Shown here piece after piece: positions 13,640 through 26,404 of a stretch of 64,000 bases of DNA. The stretch spans positions 53,506,001-53,570,000 of the forward strand of contig NC_042999.1 of NCBI RefSeq assembly GCF_006345805.1. The letters are read 5' to 3'. The position numbers and the translations under genes were made by a program. This DNA is from Octopus sinensis (lineage: Eukaryota). The first letter of the stretch is position 1, and each line of letters begins with the position of its first letter. The notes below the pieces were generated by a model. The model saw nothing but the letters and a program-made list of their open reading frames with translations, was not told where the DNA came from and did no database searches.

Positions 13640-14450
13640 TTTAAATCTCCAAAACAAATGCGCAGCAAGCTATTCGAACAAAACGCTCCTTAGGAGCCCA
13701 TGGAATGGCACAAAACTGTCTCTCAATGTACGTTGACAAAGTCACCTCGCACAGCCTAGAAATCGAAGTAAGTGAGTTAGGATGTTCAATGATGTGAGAA
13801 TTGGCAGGGGTTGGATAGTTGTCCATAGTTCTGATGCCATAGTGATAATGTGCGACGGTACATAGCCCAAGCTTTTTTGAGATCTTTGTTATCCAGGAAT
13901 GTGAAGGTTTCCCTGTCAGGGTGCGTACGAAACTTTTGCAGTCTGCAAAGGTAGAGCAGATAGAATTTACAACTTAATTTGTTATGCCATATGAAGCGAG
14001 AATTTGAAGCATTGGTACATAGTCCAAAGCTTTGTTGAAATCTACAAAGACGTTTCAGAAAGGCACAGGGACACATGTTTCTTTGCTGGGGTGGATTCCA
14101 TGAGGCGGTAAAGTGTTAAACCAGGTTCAAGGATGGAGCAGCCTTTGTGAAATCAATTTCGGTTTGGTCTCAGTACTGTAATGATTGGCCCTCGGGTGCT
14201 ATAGAGAATGATGCGGTTGAAGATTGCAGTTGGGCGTAACATGGGGATAACCCGACTGTTCGATCCGTATGCGATAGCTCTCCCTTTTTCGGAACAAGAT
14301 TGATGGGGCTCAGCAAAACTTCCGATTGAATATGACAGGCGATGTAATAAGGATTTAGAATAGGCAATAGTAAAAGAATTACCTTGGGATTCCGAAGAAC
14401 CTCTGCAGACACACCATATGCTGGGACACCGTCGATCTCTTTGCTACACC
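13640..14450 (-). pseudogene. Decayed non-LTR reverse transcriptase fragment (RTE/RTE-X-like)
   Basis: Across frameshifts: LVPKKGELS, IFNRIILY, VLRPNRN*F, VFVDFNKALDYV, LQILASYGI (RT domains 1-3). Confidence 0.75.
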
Positions 14451-14515
14451 TTCACTTATATACGTTCCATATGAGAGCTGAAATCACTGGAGAATATTGT
14501 AAAATACTGGAAACT

Positions 14516-14577
14516 ATTTAAGAAACACACAAAAACCGTTAGAAGTGAATATAACGGTTTTTGTGTGTTTCTTAAAT
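14516..14577. repeat. Perfect 26-bp inverted repeat in a Penelope-type terminal fragment
   Basis: atttaagaaacacacaaaaaccgtta / taacggtttttgtgtgtttcttaaat; same family as 38400-38530. Confidence 0.85.
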
Positions 14578-15267
14578 GGCTTATAAATACCTTCCCCGCT
14601 GCAATTGTTTTCATTCCAGCATACGATCTCAGATCAGTTCACTTGCTATGCAAGTACATCTCCGTAAATGGAAACTATTTGTTACAGAGTAATTACATAC
14701 TAAAGAAGAGATCTGGAAAATGTTGGAATTATTTATTCCATGTTAGACATATTTGTTTTTTTGTTTTTTTTTTGTTTTTTTTTACCAAAACGAGTTACAT
14801 CCGTATACATATGGAAAAACATAGAATAAATTTCTGACTAGTAATTCAGCAGAAAGAGGATTATTTCAATTGTCGTGCTAGTGAATTACTAATGGGTGTT
14901 TTATAATATTTTCTTCCGCATGTACACGAATGTAACTCATATCAGTAAAATAGAAATATGTATATATAAAACACACAAAAAATACATGCACTAAAAGTGA
15001 GAAGTGATATCAATTTGGATAACCAGGAAAATGGTTGCTATACTTAATTCCATACAAGACAGACTCTTAATTTATTACAATAAGATAAAGAACGTTAACA
15101 TATCACCTGATAGTTATTACTCACCATTGCTGACGAGCAAGGGAAGTAATCTGAAACAATCAAATTGGTGTACGCTGTTACACGCACACACACACACGCA
15201 CACATACACACAAACACACACATGAACAAGCATTTACACACAGAGATACTAACAAAATATTTAAGCA

Positions 15268-15420
15268 TAGCTATGTGGTAAGAAGCATGTTTTTCAAGCA
15301 CATAGTCCTTGGTCCATCCCCACTGCGTGGCATCTTAGACGATTTCTACTATTGCCACGGACCGATCAAAGCCTTGTGAGTGGATCTGGAGGACGGAAAT
15401 TGAAAGAAGCCAATTGTATC
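15268..15420 (+). mobile_element. SINE family A head, degenerate
   Basis: gctatgtggtaagaagc...ccactgcgtggcatctt...gccttgtgagtggat. Confidence 0.7.
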
Positions 15421-15708
15421 TGTATATATATATATATATATGAGGTAAAAGGAATCCAACAAACGGAAATCGTTAAAACATAACAAGCAGGAAAAGAAAG
15501 ATAGCACAACAACGGCAAACAGGACAAAACAAGATACACGGTTCATTGACAGCCAATTGCTTCTTCAGTCGGAGTTTGAAATGTCCACGTGGTTTTGCCC
15601 AGTCTTCTCCGATATTACTCGAAACCAGTTGGGCCATGGGCTTAAGCTGAAGGCATAAAAACCTTGACCAAGTCAAATGAATGTACATATACAAACAGAA
15701 GGAAATAA

Positions 15709-15940
15709 CTATTTCTTTACTACCCACAAGGGGCTAAACACAAAGGGGACAGGCAAGGACAGGCAAACGGATTAAGTCGATTATAACGACCCCAGTGCGT
15801 AACAGGTACTTATTTAATCGACCCTGAAAGGATGAAAGGCAAAGTCGACCTCGGCGGAATTTGAACTCAGAACGTAGCAGCAGACGAAATACTGCTCAGC
15901 ATTTCGCCCGGCGTGCTAACGTTTCTGCCAGCTCACCGCC
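15709..15940 (-). mobile_element. tRNA-derived SINE, family B (Meta-domain-like centre), full length
   Basis: Reverse strand ggcggtgagctggcagaa...gagttcaaattcc (B box), gtcgactttgcctttcatcctttcagggtcgattaaataagtacc, tail gtgggtagtaaagaaatag. Confidence 0.85.
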
Positions 15941-16520
15941 TCAAACAGTAAGGGTCTATCGGTCATAAGAAATAGAATTATTCATAAACAATGGACAAAA
16001 GCCTTTCGACTATACCACAAAAATAAATCAAAACAGGCGGAGTCTTTCGACTATCAGACAGTGTGGTAAACTAGCGCAAGAATAAAGGGAATGGAGAAAT
16101 CTTGACTGACCGGGTGTTGAGACAACAGAACAAATGCGACTGACCTCCAAAGCAGTCAGCCGAAAAATAACATTGCATAAACCGGACAGCGATCACATGG
16201 TAGAGGAGGGAGCAGATGAGGAAGGTAGAGGGACTAAGGAATAGGAGAAAGGGGAAAGAAATCAGAGGACCAAATAATGAGTGGGAGGGATCACAGAATG
16301 TGGGGGAGGAAGAGAGAGACAGAAAGAAACGAGGTACAAGGGATGGGAGGAAGGAAAGCAAAATAGATTGAGAGATAAGAGGGAGGATGAAAGGGGTAAG
16401 GATATACGAAATACACACACAAGTACACACACACGTACACACACATACATATATGATACGGATGACTCTTTACAATCTAAAGGCAGAAGCATATACATCA
16501 CTAAAGAGAACAAGGGCACT

Positions 16521-17110
16521 AATCAAGACTAGTATTGCTAGAAATAAATGGAAAACATCTCGGTAGCCACGGAAAGCTATATCCTAATGACAGATAAAGG
16601 AGTCAAACTCCCTACAGAAGCGGGCGTAGGGATGATCTCGCATTTCGATGCTTCAGCATCGAGCAAACAGCACAAATGTTAAAATAAAGAAATAAAAAAA
16701 AACACGACTAAAAAAATACAATCCTTTCTACTACAGTGATCCCTCGCTACTTCGTGGTTCAACTATCGCGGATTCACAACTTCGCGGATTCACGACTTCG
16801 CGGATTTTAAAAATATATATATATATATGAACACCTAAAATTTTTCATTAAATCCATTAAAATATTAATATTAAATATTATTTCCTAGTCTAGGAACAAC
16901 AAAACAAGTGTAAAATAGCAGAAAAGCATATACAGGGATATTTGAACTTAAGACGGTCTGTGATTGGTGCAATCAAGACCAGTATTGCTAGAAATAAATG
17001 TAAAACAACTCGGTAACCACGGAAAGCTATATCTTAATGACTGATAAAGGAGTCAAACTCCCTTCAGAAGCTGGCGTAGGGATGATTTCGTATTTGGATA
17101 CTTCAGCATC
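16521..17110. repeat. Two diverged direct repeats of about 140 bp (16521-16659 and 16971-17110)
   Basis: aatcaagac.agtattgctagaaataaatg.aaaaca...cttcagcatc occurs twice. Confidence 0.9.
16734..16810 (+). mobile_element. pogo/Tigger-like DNA transposon terminus
   Basis: TA|CAGTGATCCCTCGCTACTTCG followed by subterminal tcgcggatt repeats; no partner end found. Confidence 0.55.
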
Positions 17111-17436
17111 TTAATGTTCATCAATGGCACTCACCGCGCCCAGGCCGACCTTATTATTCATCATTTCCCCCTTTTGCCCTTTATGATTTAAACGTAAAAC
17201 TTATAAACTGACTAGCGAGCTGAGTTTAACCCAAGGCGCGGTGAGAACCACTAATGAGCACTAAGATGCGGAAGTATAAACATACGTAACCATCGATAAT
17301 CTGGCCATGTCCGCTGCTGTGAGACTGAACCCAGAACCATGTGGTTGGTAACCAAACTACTTACCACACAGCCACTATATATATACATATATATATAGAA
17401 CCATGTAGTTGGTAAGCAAGCTACTAACCACACAGC

Positions 17437-17489
<53 letters not shown>

Positions 17490-17492
<3 letters not shown>

Positions 17493-17903
17493 GCTGTGTG
17501 GTAAGTAGTTTGCTTACCAACCACATGGTTCCGGGTTCAGTCCCACTGCGTGGCACCATGGGCAACTGTCTTCTACTGTAGCCTCGAGCCGACCAAGATC
17601 TTGTGAGTGGATTTGGTGGACGGAAACTGAAAGGAGCCCGTCGTATATATGTATATATACATATATATGTGTGTGTGTGTATGTGTGTGTGTGTATGTGT
17701 GTGTGTGCCTGTATGTTTGTGTGTCTGTGTTTGTCCTCCTAGCATTGCTTGACAACCGATGCTGGTGTGTTTATGTCCCCGTCATAGATAGAATATGTAC
17801 TGGGATTACAAAGAATAAGTCCCGGGGTCAGTTGCTCGATTTAAGGCGGTGCTCCAGCATGGCCGCAGTCAAATGATTGAAGCAAGTAAAAGAGTAAAAG
17901 AGT
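17490..17903 (+). mobile_element. SINE family A copy, preceded by two inverted head fragments (17322-17376, 17398-17440)
   Basis: Homology to 654-1033. Confidence 0.85.
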
Positions 17904-18593
17904 ATATGTTTGTATCTATATATCAATGCTTATGCATGTAAATATATATGTATGTATATATTTATATGCATGAGATTATGTGTGTGTGTACCAATGTATT
18001 TTTGAAAACTGAGTTGCCGATTTTGATGTATGAGGTATCAAACGATTCAGTAATCTTTCGGCTACCAAATAAAGTATGTTCTTTACACGATAACTCGGCT
18101 TTCACAGTTTTTGAGGTCTCTAGCAAAGGGAGGTAAGTCTGCCCGAAAAATCGTAAAATTCATGGAGTGTTACCAGGGAATGAAACTTCGAAGATATACC
18201 TTCAATGTTATTAGTATTAGTAATGGTTATATGCCAAAAGAATGTGGCAGCCCTATAAAGGACGATGTTACTGTTGTTTTAGCTCCAAGAAAACATATTT
18301 TCAATCTAGCTATCGACACACAGTTTGTGTTCGTATAGTACTTGAAAGGGAGGTCATCGCTCACATCTCTTAGTATTATTTAATAGACAATCTTCTGATG
18401 TAAAGTATGTTTGTCTCTGTTTTGTTTCGCCCGGATTTGCCTCGGACGTAGGGGTTTTTTTTCTTGTCTTCCTGCAATACTGTAAATCTGTGTCTTTCTT
18501 ATGATGAAAGGGTGTGTTGTAAGAGAGATTTGGCTGCTGTTTGTAGAAGCTCAAGTTAGCACAGAGACACGTGTGTGTGTGTGTGTGTGTGTG

Positions 18594-18649
<56 letters not shown>

Positions 18650-18787
18650 TTTGTTTTGATAAAAACTACTTTTCCTCAGAATACAGAATATTTTGCACAA
18701 GAACTTTTAAAGAAATCTGGACATCTTTCTTACTGCTAACCATTCAACTTCGAATTGTTATTTGTCAGAAGTTAAGTATACATAGTA

Positions 18788-19005
18788 GGCACAGGAGTGG
18801 CTGTGTTGTAAGTAGCTTGCTTACCAACCACATGGTTCCGGATTCAATTCCACTGCGTGGCATCTTGGGCAAGTGTCTTCTGCTATAGACCCGGGCCGAC
18901 CAATGCCTTGTGAGTGGATTTGGTAGACGGAAACTGAAAGAAGCCTGTCGTATATATGTATGTATATATATATATACATATATATATATATGCATATATA
19001 TATAC

Positions 19006-19053
<48 letters not shown>

Positions 19054-19262
19054 TTGTGTGTCTGTGTTTGTCCTCCCAACATCGCTTGACAACCGATACT
19101 GGTGTGTAAACGTCCCCGTAACTTAGCGGTTCGACAAAAGAGACCGATAGAATAAGTACTGAGCTTACAAAGAGTAAGTCCCGGGGTCGATTTGCTCAAC
19201 TAAAAGGCGGTGCTCCTACATCGCCGCAGTCAAATGACTGAAACAAGTAAAAGAGTAAAAGA
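18788..19262 (+). mobile_element. SINE family A, full length
   Basis: Head, CORE-like motif, internal TA/TG tract and gtaaaaga tail all present. Confidence 0.9.
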
Positions 19263-19373
19263 TACTTCTATATGTATTTCAATGTGGGATTTTATTTTAC
19301 AGATCTCTGCTTGATGAACTGCTAACTTTCAGATATAGTGGGACACAATACACGATTTGATAACAAATACACA

Positions 19374-19417
<44 letters not shown>

Positions 19418-19674
19418 TAGGTGCAAGACCGAGTGTGTGGTTGAGAAGTTTTCCTTCCGGCAAGTGTTTTCTGCTATAGCCCTAGGCCATCCAGACACTT
19501 GTGACTGAATTTGGTACAGGGAAACTCCAGCGTTGTTCATCAGAAAATGCCCGAAATTATGTTTATGAAGAAAAGTTGTTTGCTTCATACTCCTCGTGTG
19601 CCGCTTCTGCCCATAAGAAAAGAACCAATGATACTATGTGGCTGAAACATTTTTAAGGATTGAAGGATTTCAAA

Positions 19675-19890
19675 ATGTGCCCTCGTGTGTACCGTTGGCG
19701 ATTTTTTTTTCCTCTGTCTTCCCTTCTCTGGATCTTTTCGTCTCCTATGATTCCGACGAAGAGCTCCGCTTGAAACGTCAAACCCTCCTTCTTTCCTTCT
19801 TCCTTCTTTCCTGAGCGTCCAATAATACTATAAATGTTCCACGTCCTCGCGTTGTTGTGTTTTTTTTGTACTTTCTTGTTTGGATTAACT
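19675..19890 (+). mobile_element. Penelope-type terminal fragment with hammerhead-like motif at 19749-19783
   Basis: CCGACGA a gagc-tcc-gctt GAAAC GTC aaac; paralog of 4057-4256. Confidence 0.65.
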
Positions 19891-20062
19891 TTATACATAT
19901 ATATATATATATAAATCAATAAAAGGTGGGGTTGGGTTGTATTGACCGCAAGTGGAGAAATGATAGGCAAGGAAAAATCATAACAAGGCAGAATTGAAGG
20001 TAAATTTTAATGAAAATGGGTGTATGGAAAATTTTAAAATTAAAAAAATATATATATATATT

Positions 20063-20104
20063 AATTCAAACCGGTTTTCGTCGCAATGCGACTTTTCAAG
20101 AATT
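20063..20104 (-). ncRNA. Type I hammerhead ribozyme, U3-A8 core variant
   Basis: Reverse strand aattc TTGAAAA gtcgc-att-gcgac GAA AACCGGTT T gaatt: 5-bp helix I, 5-bp helix II, palindromic helix III. Confidence 0.7.
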
Positions 20105-20372
20105 GTGAGGTGTAAAGAAAATTTTTTTTACAATTGAAGAGGGGGGCAAAAAGAAAGTTACATTGTTTTTTTCAAAAAAATGAACATATACAAATATTAA
20201 AAAATAGGTATACTGATACATTGTAAAGTCTTTTTGTATCTCGAGTTCAATGATAGTTCTTGAAAAAATTACCTTGGAGGATTAAGATCCATGTGATTAA
20301 ATCCATGTGTTGTTTAATTTAGGATGTTTGTTAAATAGGCATCGGTGTACCTATTTTTTAATTTTATATAAT

Positions 20373-20670
20373 ATAAAATTATTAGAATGGCCAAGCCAGT
20401 CATCTGACTTGAACCCCATTGAAAATTTGTGGCATTATTTGAAAATTAAAATTCATTTAAGAGCCCCAACGTGCATTGCAGATTTGAAGAAAATCTGTAA
20501 GGAAGAATGGGAAAAAATTCCTAAAGAAATATGCGAGTCATTGATTAAGAACTACACAGAAGAGATTGATTGAAGTGAAACTGAATAATGGTTATGCTAC
20601 GAAGTATTAAATCAGAAATATCAGTTATTTATGTTCTGTAATATTTACGAATAGTTATTTCCCGCCACTG
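20373..20670 (+). mobile_element. Tc1-family transposon 3' end (transposase C-terminus and right TIR)
   Basis: [15 protein letters not shown] (carries the catalytic E of DD34E), frameshifted tail NNGYATKY*, ends ...cccgccACTG|TA. Confidence 0.9.
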
Positions 20671-20741
<71 letters not shown>

Positions 20742-20742
<1 letters not shown>

Positions 20743-20882
20743 ACGGGCTTCTTTCAGTTTCCGTCTACCAAATCCGCCAGCAAGGCTTTGGTCAGCCCGA
20801 GGTTATAGATAGAAGAAAATTGCCCAAGGTGCCAAGCAGTGGCGACCGAATCCACAACCAGGTGGTTGGTAAGTCAACTTCT
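20742..20882 (-). mobile_element. SINE family A head
   Basis: cgggcttctttcagtttccgtctaccaaatcc...ttgcccaaggtgcc. Confidence 0.75.
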
Positions 20883-20885
20883 GCT

Positions 20886-20970
<85 letters not shown>

Positions 20971-22244
20971 GTGTATATCTATATATTATATATTATATAA
21001 TATATATATATATATATATAATATATATTATATGTAGAAAAATACAAACTGGGACAAGAACGTAAACATTTAGAAGACGATACAAAAAGTACGGACGGGA
21101 CATTCGAAGCCTTCAATCTTCATTCAAGAACCGGATCATCCTAACAATTCCGGCTGATTATTCTTGAGATCGCTCCGATCCGGCCAGCCCCAAGGAAAAA
21201 CTAAGCTACGAGCATTAGATTTCTTGGATGAAGGATCGAATGTATACGAAACAGGGACAGAGACACGGACGATGCCACACGAATATAAAATACAAAAAAC
21301 AATAATGGTAAAAACAGGACAAAAACAGCTGGTGTCTTACGACTAATAAACAGTACAACAAGTTTAGCTGGCGTATTTGGAAAAAATGCCTTTATCGGCA
21401 GACGAAGACAACGATGTTCTCACGGCAGGGTTCGGAGGCCAAAAGGCTGATTTTGACCAGCGGTCACGTGAGAGAAGAGAGAGAAAAGAAAGGGGGCAAA
21501 GGAAACAAAGAGAGAGAGAAAGAGGGACGAAGGCAACAAAGGGGGTAGAAGAGAGAGAAAGAAGGAATTAAAGAGGGGAGAAGAAAGAGTGCGTGCCAAG
21601 GAATGGCTAGTGAGTGCAAAGTGAGAAAGACAGAGAATTGTGAGAGAGTGGCGGGGGAAGAGTAGACCAAAGAATCAGAGGCAAGAAAACAGAAAAGGAG
21701 GAGGAAAGAGTTAGTATGTGAAAGCAAATGGTTGGATGTATGAAAGACAAAATAGAGGGAAAAAACTAACTACTGAAGGCTTGTGTCATATTCTTAAAGA
21801 ATATATTTAAATCGTTATGTTAGAAATGTTATAAAATATGCTCACTAATTAATATATTGAGAAATGCGCAAAGCAACTGCTAAAAAAATTGTAATTTTTC
21901 CATTTTAACAATGTGCCATTGGAACACCAACACAAGTTAGATTAAATAAGAAAGCCTACTTCATTGAAAAACATATAGCAAAATCTAACCACTTCTAATA
22001 TTCTTATTCTTTTTTTTCTAAACGAAATCATGTTAAATTAATAAAACCAAGTCATTCCGAACATTTTTGATTATCTCCCTTATACCGAAAAATCCCTTAT
22101 TACGTTCCCCTGTCTAGAACCCCATATTTCACAACATAGCGAATAGATAACACAGTATAGGTAAAGAAATTTGAGAAATTTGAAAAGTGAATACGAAATC
22201 GATTATTTCTCCAAAAACTATGTTACTATACGCAATATCTTATA

Positions 22245-22606
22245 CTAGCAGTATCGCCCGGCGTTGCTCGGGTTTGTAAGGGAAATAACTATAAAGCATT
22301 TTTAGAGAGTTATAGCCAAAAAATGGAAAAAAATGATGGTAAATTTTTTTAGTTAAAAAGGTTCGAGTTGCGTCCCCTAGACAGTCTGTGGTTGTGTTTC
22401 TGATTCTCGACCCCATGTCGAATTTATCGATTTTTTCAGAACTGGGGGAACTTTTCAAAATTTTCGCTGCGTTAGTTTTGAATTATGACATTGGGCTATG
22501 TGTGTGTCAAGTCTCATCAGAATCGGTTGAAGCCGTGGTCAGGGTGAGGGTACAACATAAAACACACAGAAACACACACAGACAAACTGCCGTTTATATA
22601 TAGAGA
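22245..22606 (-). mobile_element. Short non-autonomous Helitron
   Basis: Reverse strand starts tctctatatataaa and ends cccgagcaacgccggg hairpin + cgatactgCTAG|T. Confidence 0.7.
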
Positions 22607-24299
22607 GTTGTAAAATAACGATTTAAACATATATATTAACTATATAACACAAGCCTTCTGTAGTTTTTCACTCAATTTTGTCTTTTATATACATATACGG
22701 GCATGTATATGATATATGGATATATATATATTATATATATATATATATATCTATATTAATATATATATTATATATATAATATATATATACATACATATAT
22801 ATATATAAATAATATATATTGTATATACATACATATCCTAATTTCTAGCAATGCTGGTACCACTCTCGGACGGCAGCTGATTGTGTTCCATTTTGGGCCC
22901 AGAGCTTTACTCTCTAACAAACATTTAGTCCAGGTGCACCGTTTGAAGATAACTTCCATGTTACGTGTCTCAGGGCATTTGAAAGAGTGGTGGATAGTGA
23001 CTTCTCTTTTCAGTTATTAAGAAGCAATTGAATAATGTTTTAACTGTTCGTTCTAAATAAATATATCCGAAAGTTTTAACCGTATGCAAATTTACCCTGA
23101 CGAAATATCCTTACCCGGCCCAGATATAAGCATAAACACTATTCTTATATAATACTGACTGCACCACAGTCTTACTGTCTTTTCAGGTACAAATTTAGGC
23201 TTACCTCTATCACGCACATGAGTGGACAGATTTTCGTTAATGCTATAACTATATTTCTCGTTTAAATTGGTAATTTGATGTGGCATACGAAACGACAAAT
23301 AAAGAAGCTCACCGTTATGAGTGTGCCATAGTAAAAGTGTTGAAGATTTTGCTAACAACACCAAGATTAGTAATATATTAGGGAAGCTCTTTAAAATGGG
23401 TAGGAGTGCAATGCTTTCTTGTCAGAACCAATAGTTCTAATAACGTTGTCATCTGGAATATGCAACTATCAAAATATCCTTTTATATTACAAGCTATAAA
23501 AATAATAAAGACACCATTCATAAAGTTTGAAATGGTTTCTTAACAATGATATTCACAGAGTTTAACTGTTGAAATGTTATAGTTCAAAGTACAATTAACA
23601 GGCGTTTCTCGTAGATTTACAAGTTGGGAGTAAGTTATCGGGAAATAATTGGCTGTGTAAAGATATCTGATTATATTTTATGTCTTGCACATCTGTTAAG
23701 TTCTCTGGGCTGTTTCCTATTAAGAGAACGAAGCCTTACCATTGATCTCAAATGTCTATGTATTCGGCTATAGTTCATATTCCTACGCATTATGTAGCAA
23801 CTGAAATATTTAATTGTTTACGGTTAAAAGAAGAGAAGAGTCTTCACAAACACGAAGGCACTGAGATATCGTAGAAATAATCTCATGCTGAATTGAACGT
23901 TTGAAATGATGTGCGTGTGTGTGCACGCGTGAAAGTCTGAACGAATATTTATGCACGGCAGTGGAGTTGTTTGAATCTCGTTTCTTGTGTGTCGCTAAGC
24001 AAACACTGTTGTTCCTTTGCGTGGACCTATGTATATCATACGATACACATCATATATGGACAAATTGTGAAGGATTCTTTATTGTTCGGTAGTGATAAGA
24101 GTTTAGATGATCGATAACCCGAATTCTATCCTGGAAATTCATGTATGTTCGGTTGAGTATTCAGCAGACATGCGTACCATTTATGCAGGCATTTCGACGA
24201 CTAACAGTAACACATAAATGACTGTATCGGTGCAACCTCCGGCAAGCAACTAGACTCCTTCTTCTCTTTTGTCCAATCCTTCCATCGTGCTCTCGAATT

Positions 24300-25655
24300 C
24301 TCCTGCATTATCTTTAAAATCTTCCGCCGAATTTTTCAACATTTCTATCAGAATATACCACTCCGCTTTCACTACTTCCATCCATTACAAACACACTAAC
24401 TCAAATTTCTTAGTTAACTTCTCCTCCTGCCACCCTACCCACACTAAGCTCTCCATCCTCTACGCTCAGTTCCTCTGACTGCGGAGGATCTGCAGTGACA
24501 ACCAGGACTTTGAGACAGTCTCAATTCATGGCTCGCCGCTTCATCCTATGTAGATGTCCCCTCACCACTATCCACACTGCCTTTTCCACGGCACGGTCTG
24601 CTCTTTCTCCTAGCACCCGCCCCGCCGGTGCCTGTCTCCCGTTTCCTCCCACCTCTCACTTTCCACCTTAACCCTCTAACGCTGAGTTTTCCGGCGTCTC
24701 CAGTCTGACCGCTCCACCTCGCACATCTTCCCCATCCTACACCCTTCCTTCAAACGAGCCCACAACCTGCGTGATCTCCTGGTCCACAGTTTCTTCCCTT
24801 CCCCATTTCCCAGCATGGCTCGTTCTCCTGGTTCTTCCCACGCTATTGCACCTGCTCTTCCCTTTCCAAAACTACCATCTTCACTGGCTCTCATCATCAT
24901 CTCTATCACATCACCAACACCTTTACCTGCATTTCTAGTAACGTCATTTACTGCATCTCCTGCTCTCTCTTTGTCCTTCCCTGTACATCGGTCAAAGGGC
25001 GCCGCTTTGCTAACCGGTTCGCGGAGCACCTCCAAGACATTAGACTCGGCAATGACACTCCGGTTCTGCAACTTTTCCACTCTACCGGTCATTCGCTACA
25101 ACATCTATCTTTGTTCAGACTCTCTTTGCGCAGGGGCCATCCGGACTCCCGCCTTCACCGTGAGTACTGATTGATGTTTTCTCTTCACTCCATTGCACAT
25201 GGGCTCAACTCAGCTTCTTTCTTTATCTGACACCCAACTCACCTGCTCTCTTCATTTGATCCTAACCCCACACCACTTCACGCACACTAGTACTGACCAC
25301 TTCTCAGCACCTACACCATACACAATCATCCACACCCTCACACACAACCTTCAATAGCGTCACCACACATACCACTATATGCGCAGCCACACACTGTTTA
25401 AGTCAGTACCCACACACCATCATGCACACTCCCACACCCACACAAACACATAATAACTGAAAGCCATGATAAATCGTTAGCTCCTACACGCATTTTTTTC
25501 TCTCCTTGTTTCTCTCCTTGTTTTTTTCTGTGTATCTTTCTGTCGAAGAGCGTAGGCTCGAAACGTAAAAGACTTTTTCTATTTCTATTCCTGAGCGCTA
25601 TACTAATACATTTGTTTGTTTGTACTCCACCTGCGTTCGTCTTTTGTTTCCCTTT
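24300..25655 (+). mobile_element. Penelope-like element, 5'-truncated and decayed: RT C-terminus, GIY-YIG endonuclease, 3' repeat with hammerhead motif
   Basis: TSIHYKHTNS..NFSSCHP.HTKLSILYAQFL*LRRICSD; FTCISSNVIYCISC..CPSLYIGQ..RFAEHL; hammerhead-like fold at 25535-25572. Confidence 0.9.
25535..25572 (+). ncRNA. Minimal type I hammerhead-like motif at the Penelope 3' end (A6 to U variant)
   Basis: tcttt CTGTCGA a gagc-gtag-gctc GAAAC GTA aaaga. Confidence 0.6.
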
Positions 25656-25826
25656 CTATATACATAAGTACAGGATATATACAAACACAGGATATATATA
25701 GAAAGCATGGAGGTTTAGTTTACAGGTTATCTGAACGATTAGGTACTCTACGCTAGGTAAGTGATGTAACGGATTACTGGGGCTCCAAGGTTATAGCCGA
25801 GACGGTAGTTATGTAGTCATAACAAA

Positions 25827-26066
25827 GGTGGCAAGCTGGCAGAATCATTAGCACACTGGACGAAATGCTTAGCAGTATTTCGTCTGCCGCTACGTTCTGA
25901 GTTCAAATTCCACCGAGGTCGACTTTGCCTTTCATCCTTTCATCCTTTCGGTGTCGATTAAATAAGTACCAGTTACGCACTGGGGTCGATATAATCGACT
26001 TAATCCGTTTGTCTGTCCTCGTTTGTCCTCTCTGTGTTTAGCCCCCTGTGGGTAGTAAAGAAATAG
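25827..26066 (+). mobile_element. SINE family B, full length, with a degenerate target-site duplication of about 20 bp
   Basis: Matches 15709-15940; flanked by ggtagttatgtagtcataac and ggtagttatggagtcattac. Confidence 0.85.
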
Positions 26067-26213
26067 GTAGTTATGGAGTCATTACTGATTTCCGATGCAG
26101 TGGATATATAATTGTTAAACAAGACAGCAAACATTAAGGCAAGGCAAAGATCTCGTTATATACAATGTTATTATAGGAAGACATTCAAAACCTTACAGCT
26201 GTTTCTGCGATAT

Positions 26214-26255
26214 CACAACGTTTCGGTTGATATACCCTCCAGCCTTCAACGGGTG
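26214..26255 (-). ncRNA. Degenerate type I hammerhead motif
   Basis: Reverse strand cac CCGTTGA a ggctg-gagggtatat-caacc GAAAC GTT gtg; two core substitutions. Confidence 0.5.
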
Positions 26256-26372
26256 TCTTGGGAAAATTTCGAACCTGGGTTCTCATACCTAAGATATTTT
26301 CGATCCTATTGTTGTTGTTGGTGTTGTTGTTGTTGTTGTTGTTGTTGTTATTATTATTATTATTATTATTAA

Positions 26373-26403
<31 letters not shown>

Positions 26404-26404
<1 letters not shown>

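Noticed and set aside
15945-15990. Apparent A3-U8 hammerhead core (ATGAATA) on the minus strand
   Set aside because: GAAA is replaced by GATA and helices I and II do not pair.
24676-25174. ORFs 24676-25092 (-) and 24815-25174 (+) as independent genes
   Set aside because: They are alternative frames over the Penelope GIY-YIG region.
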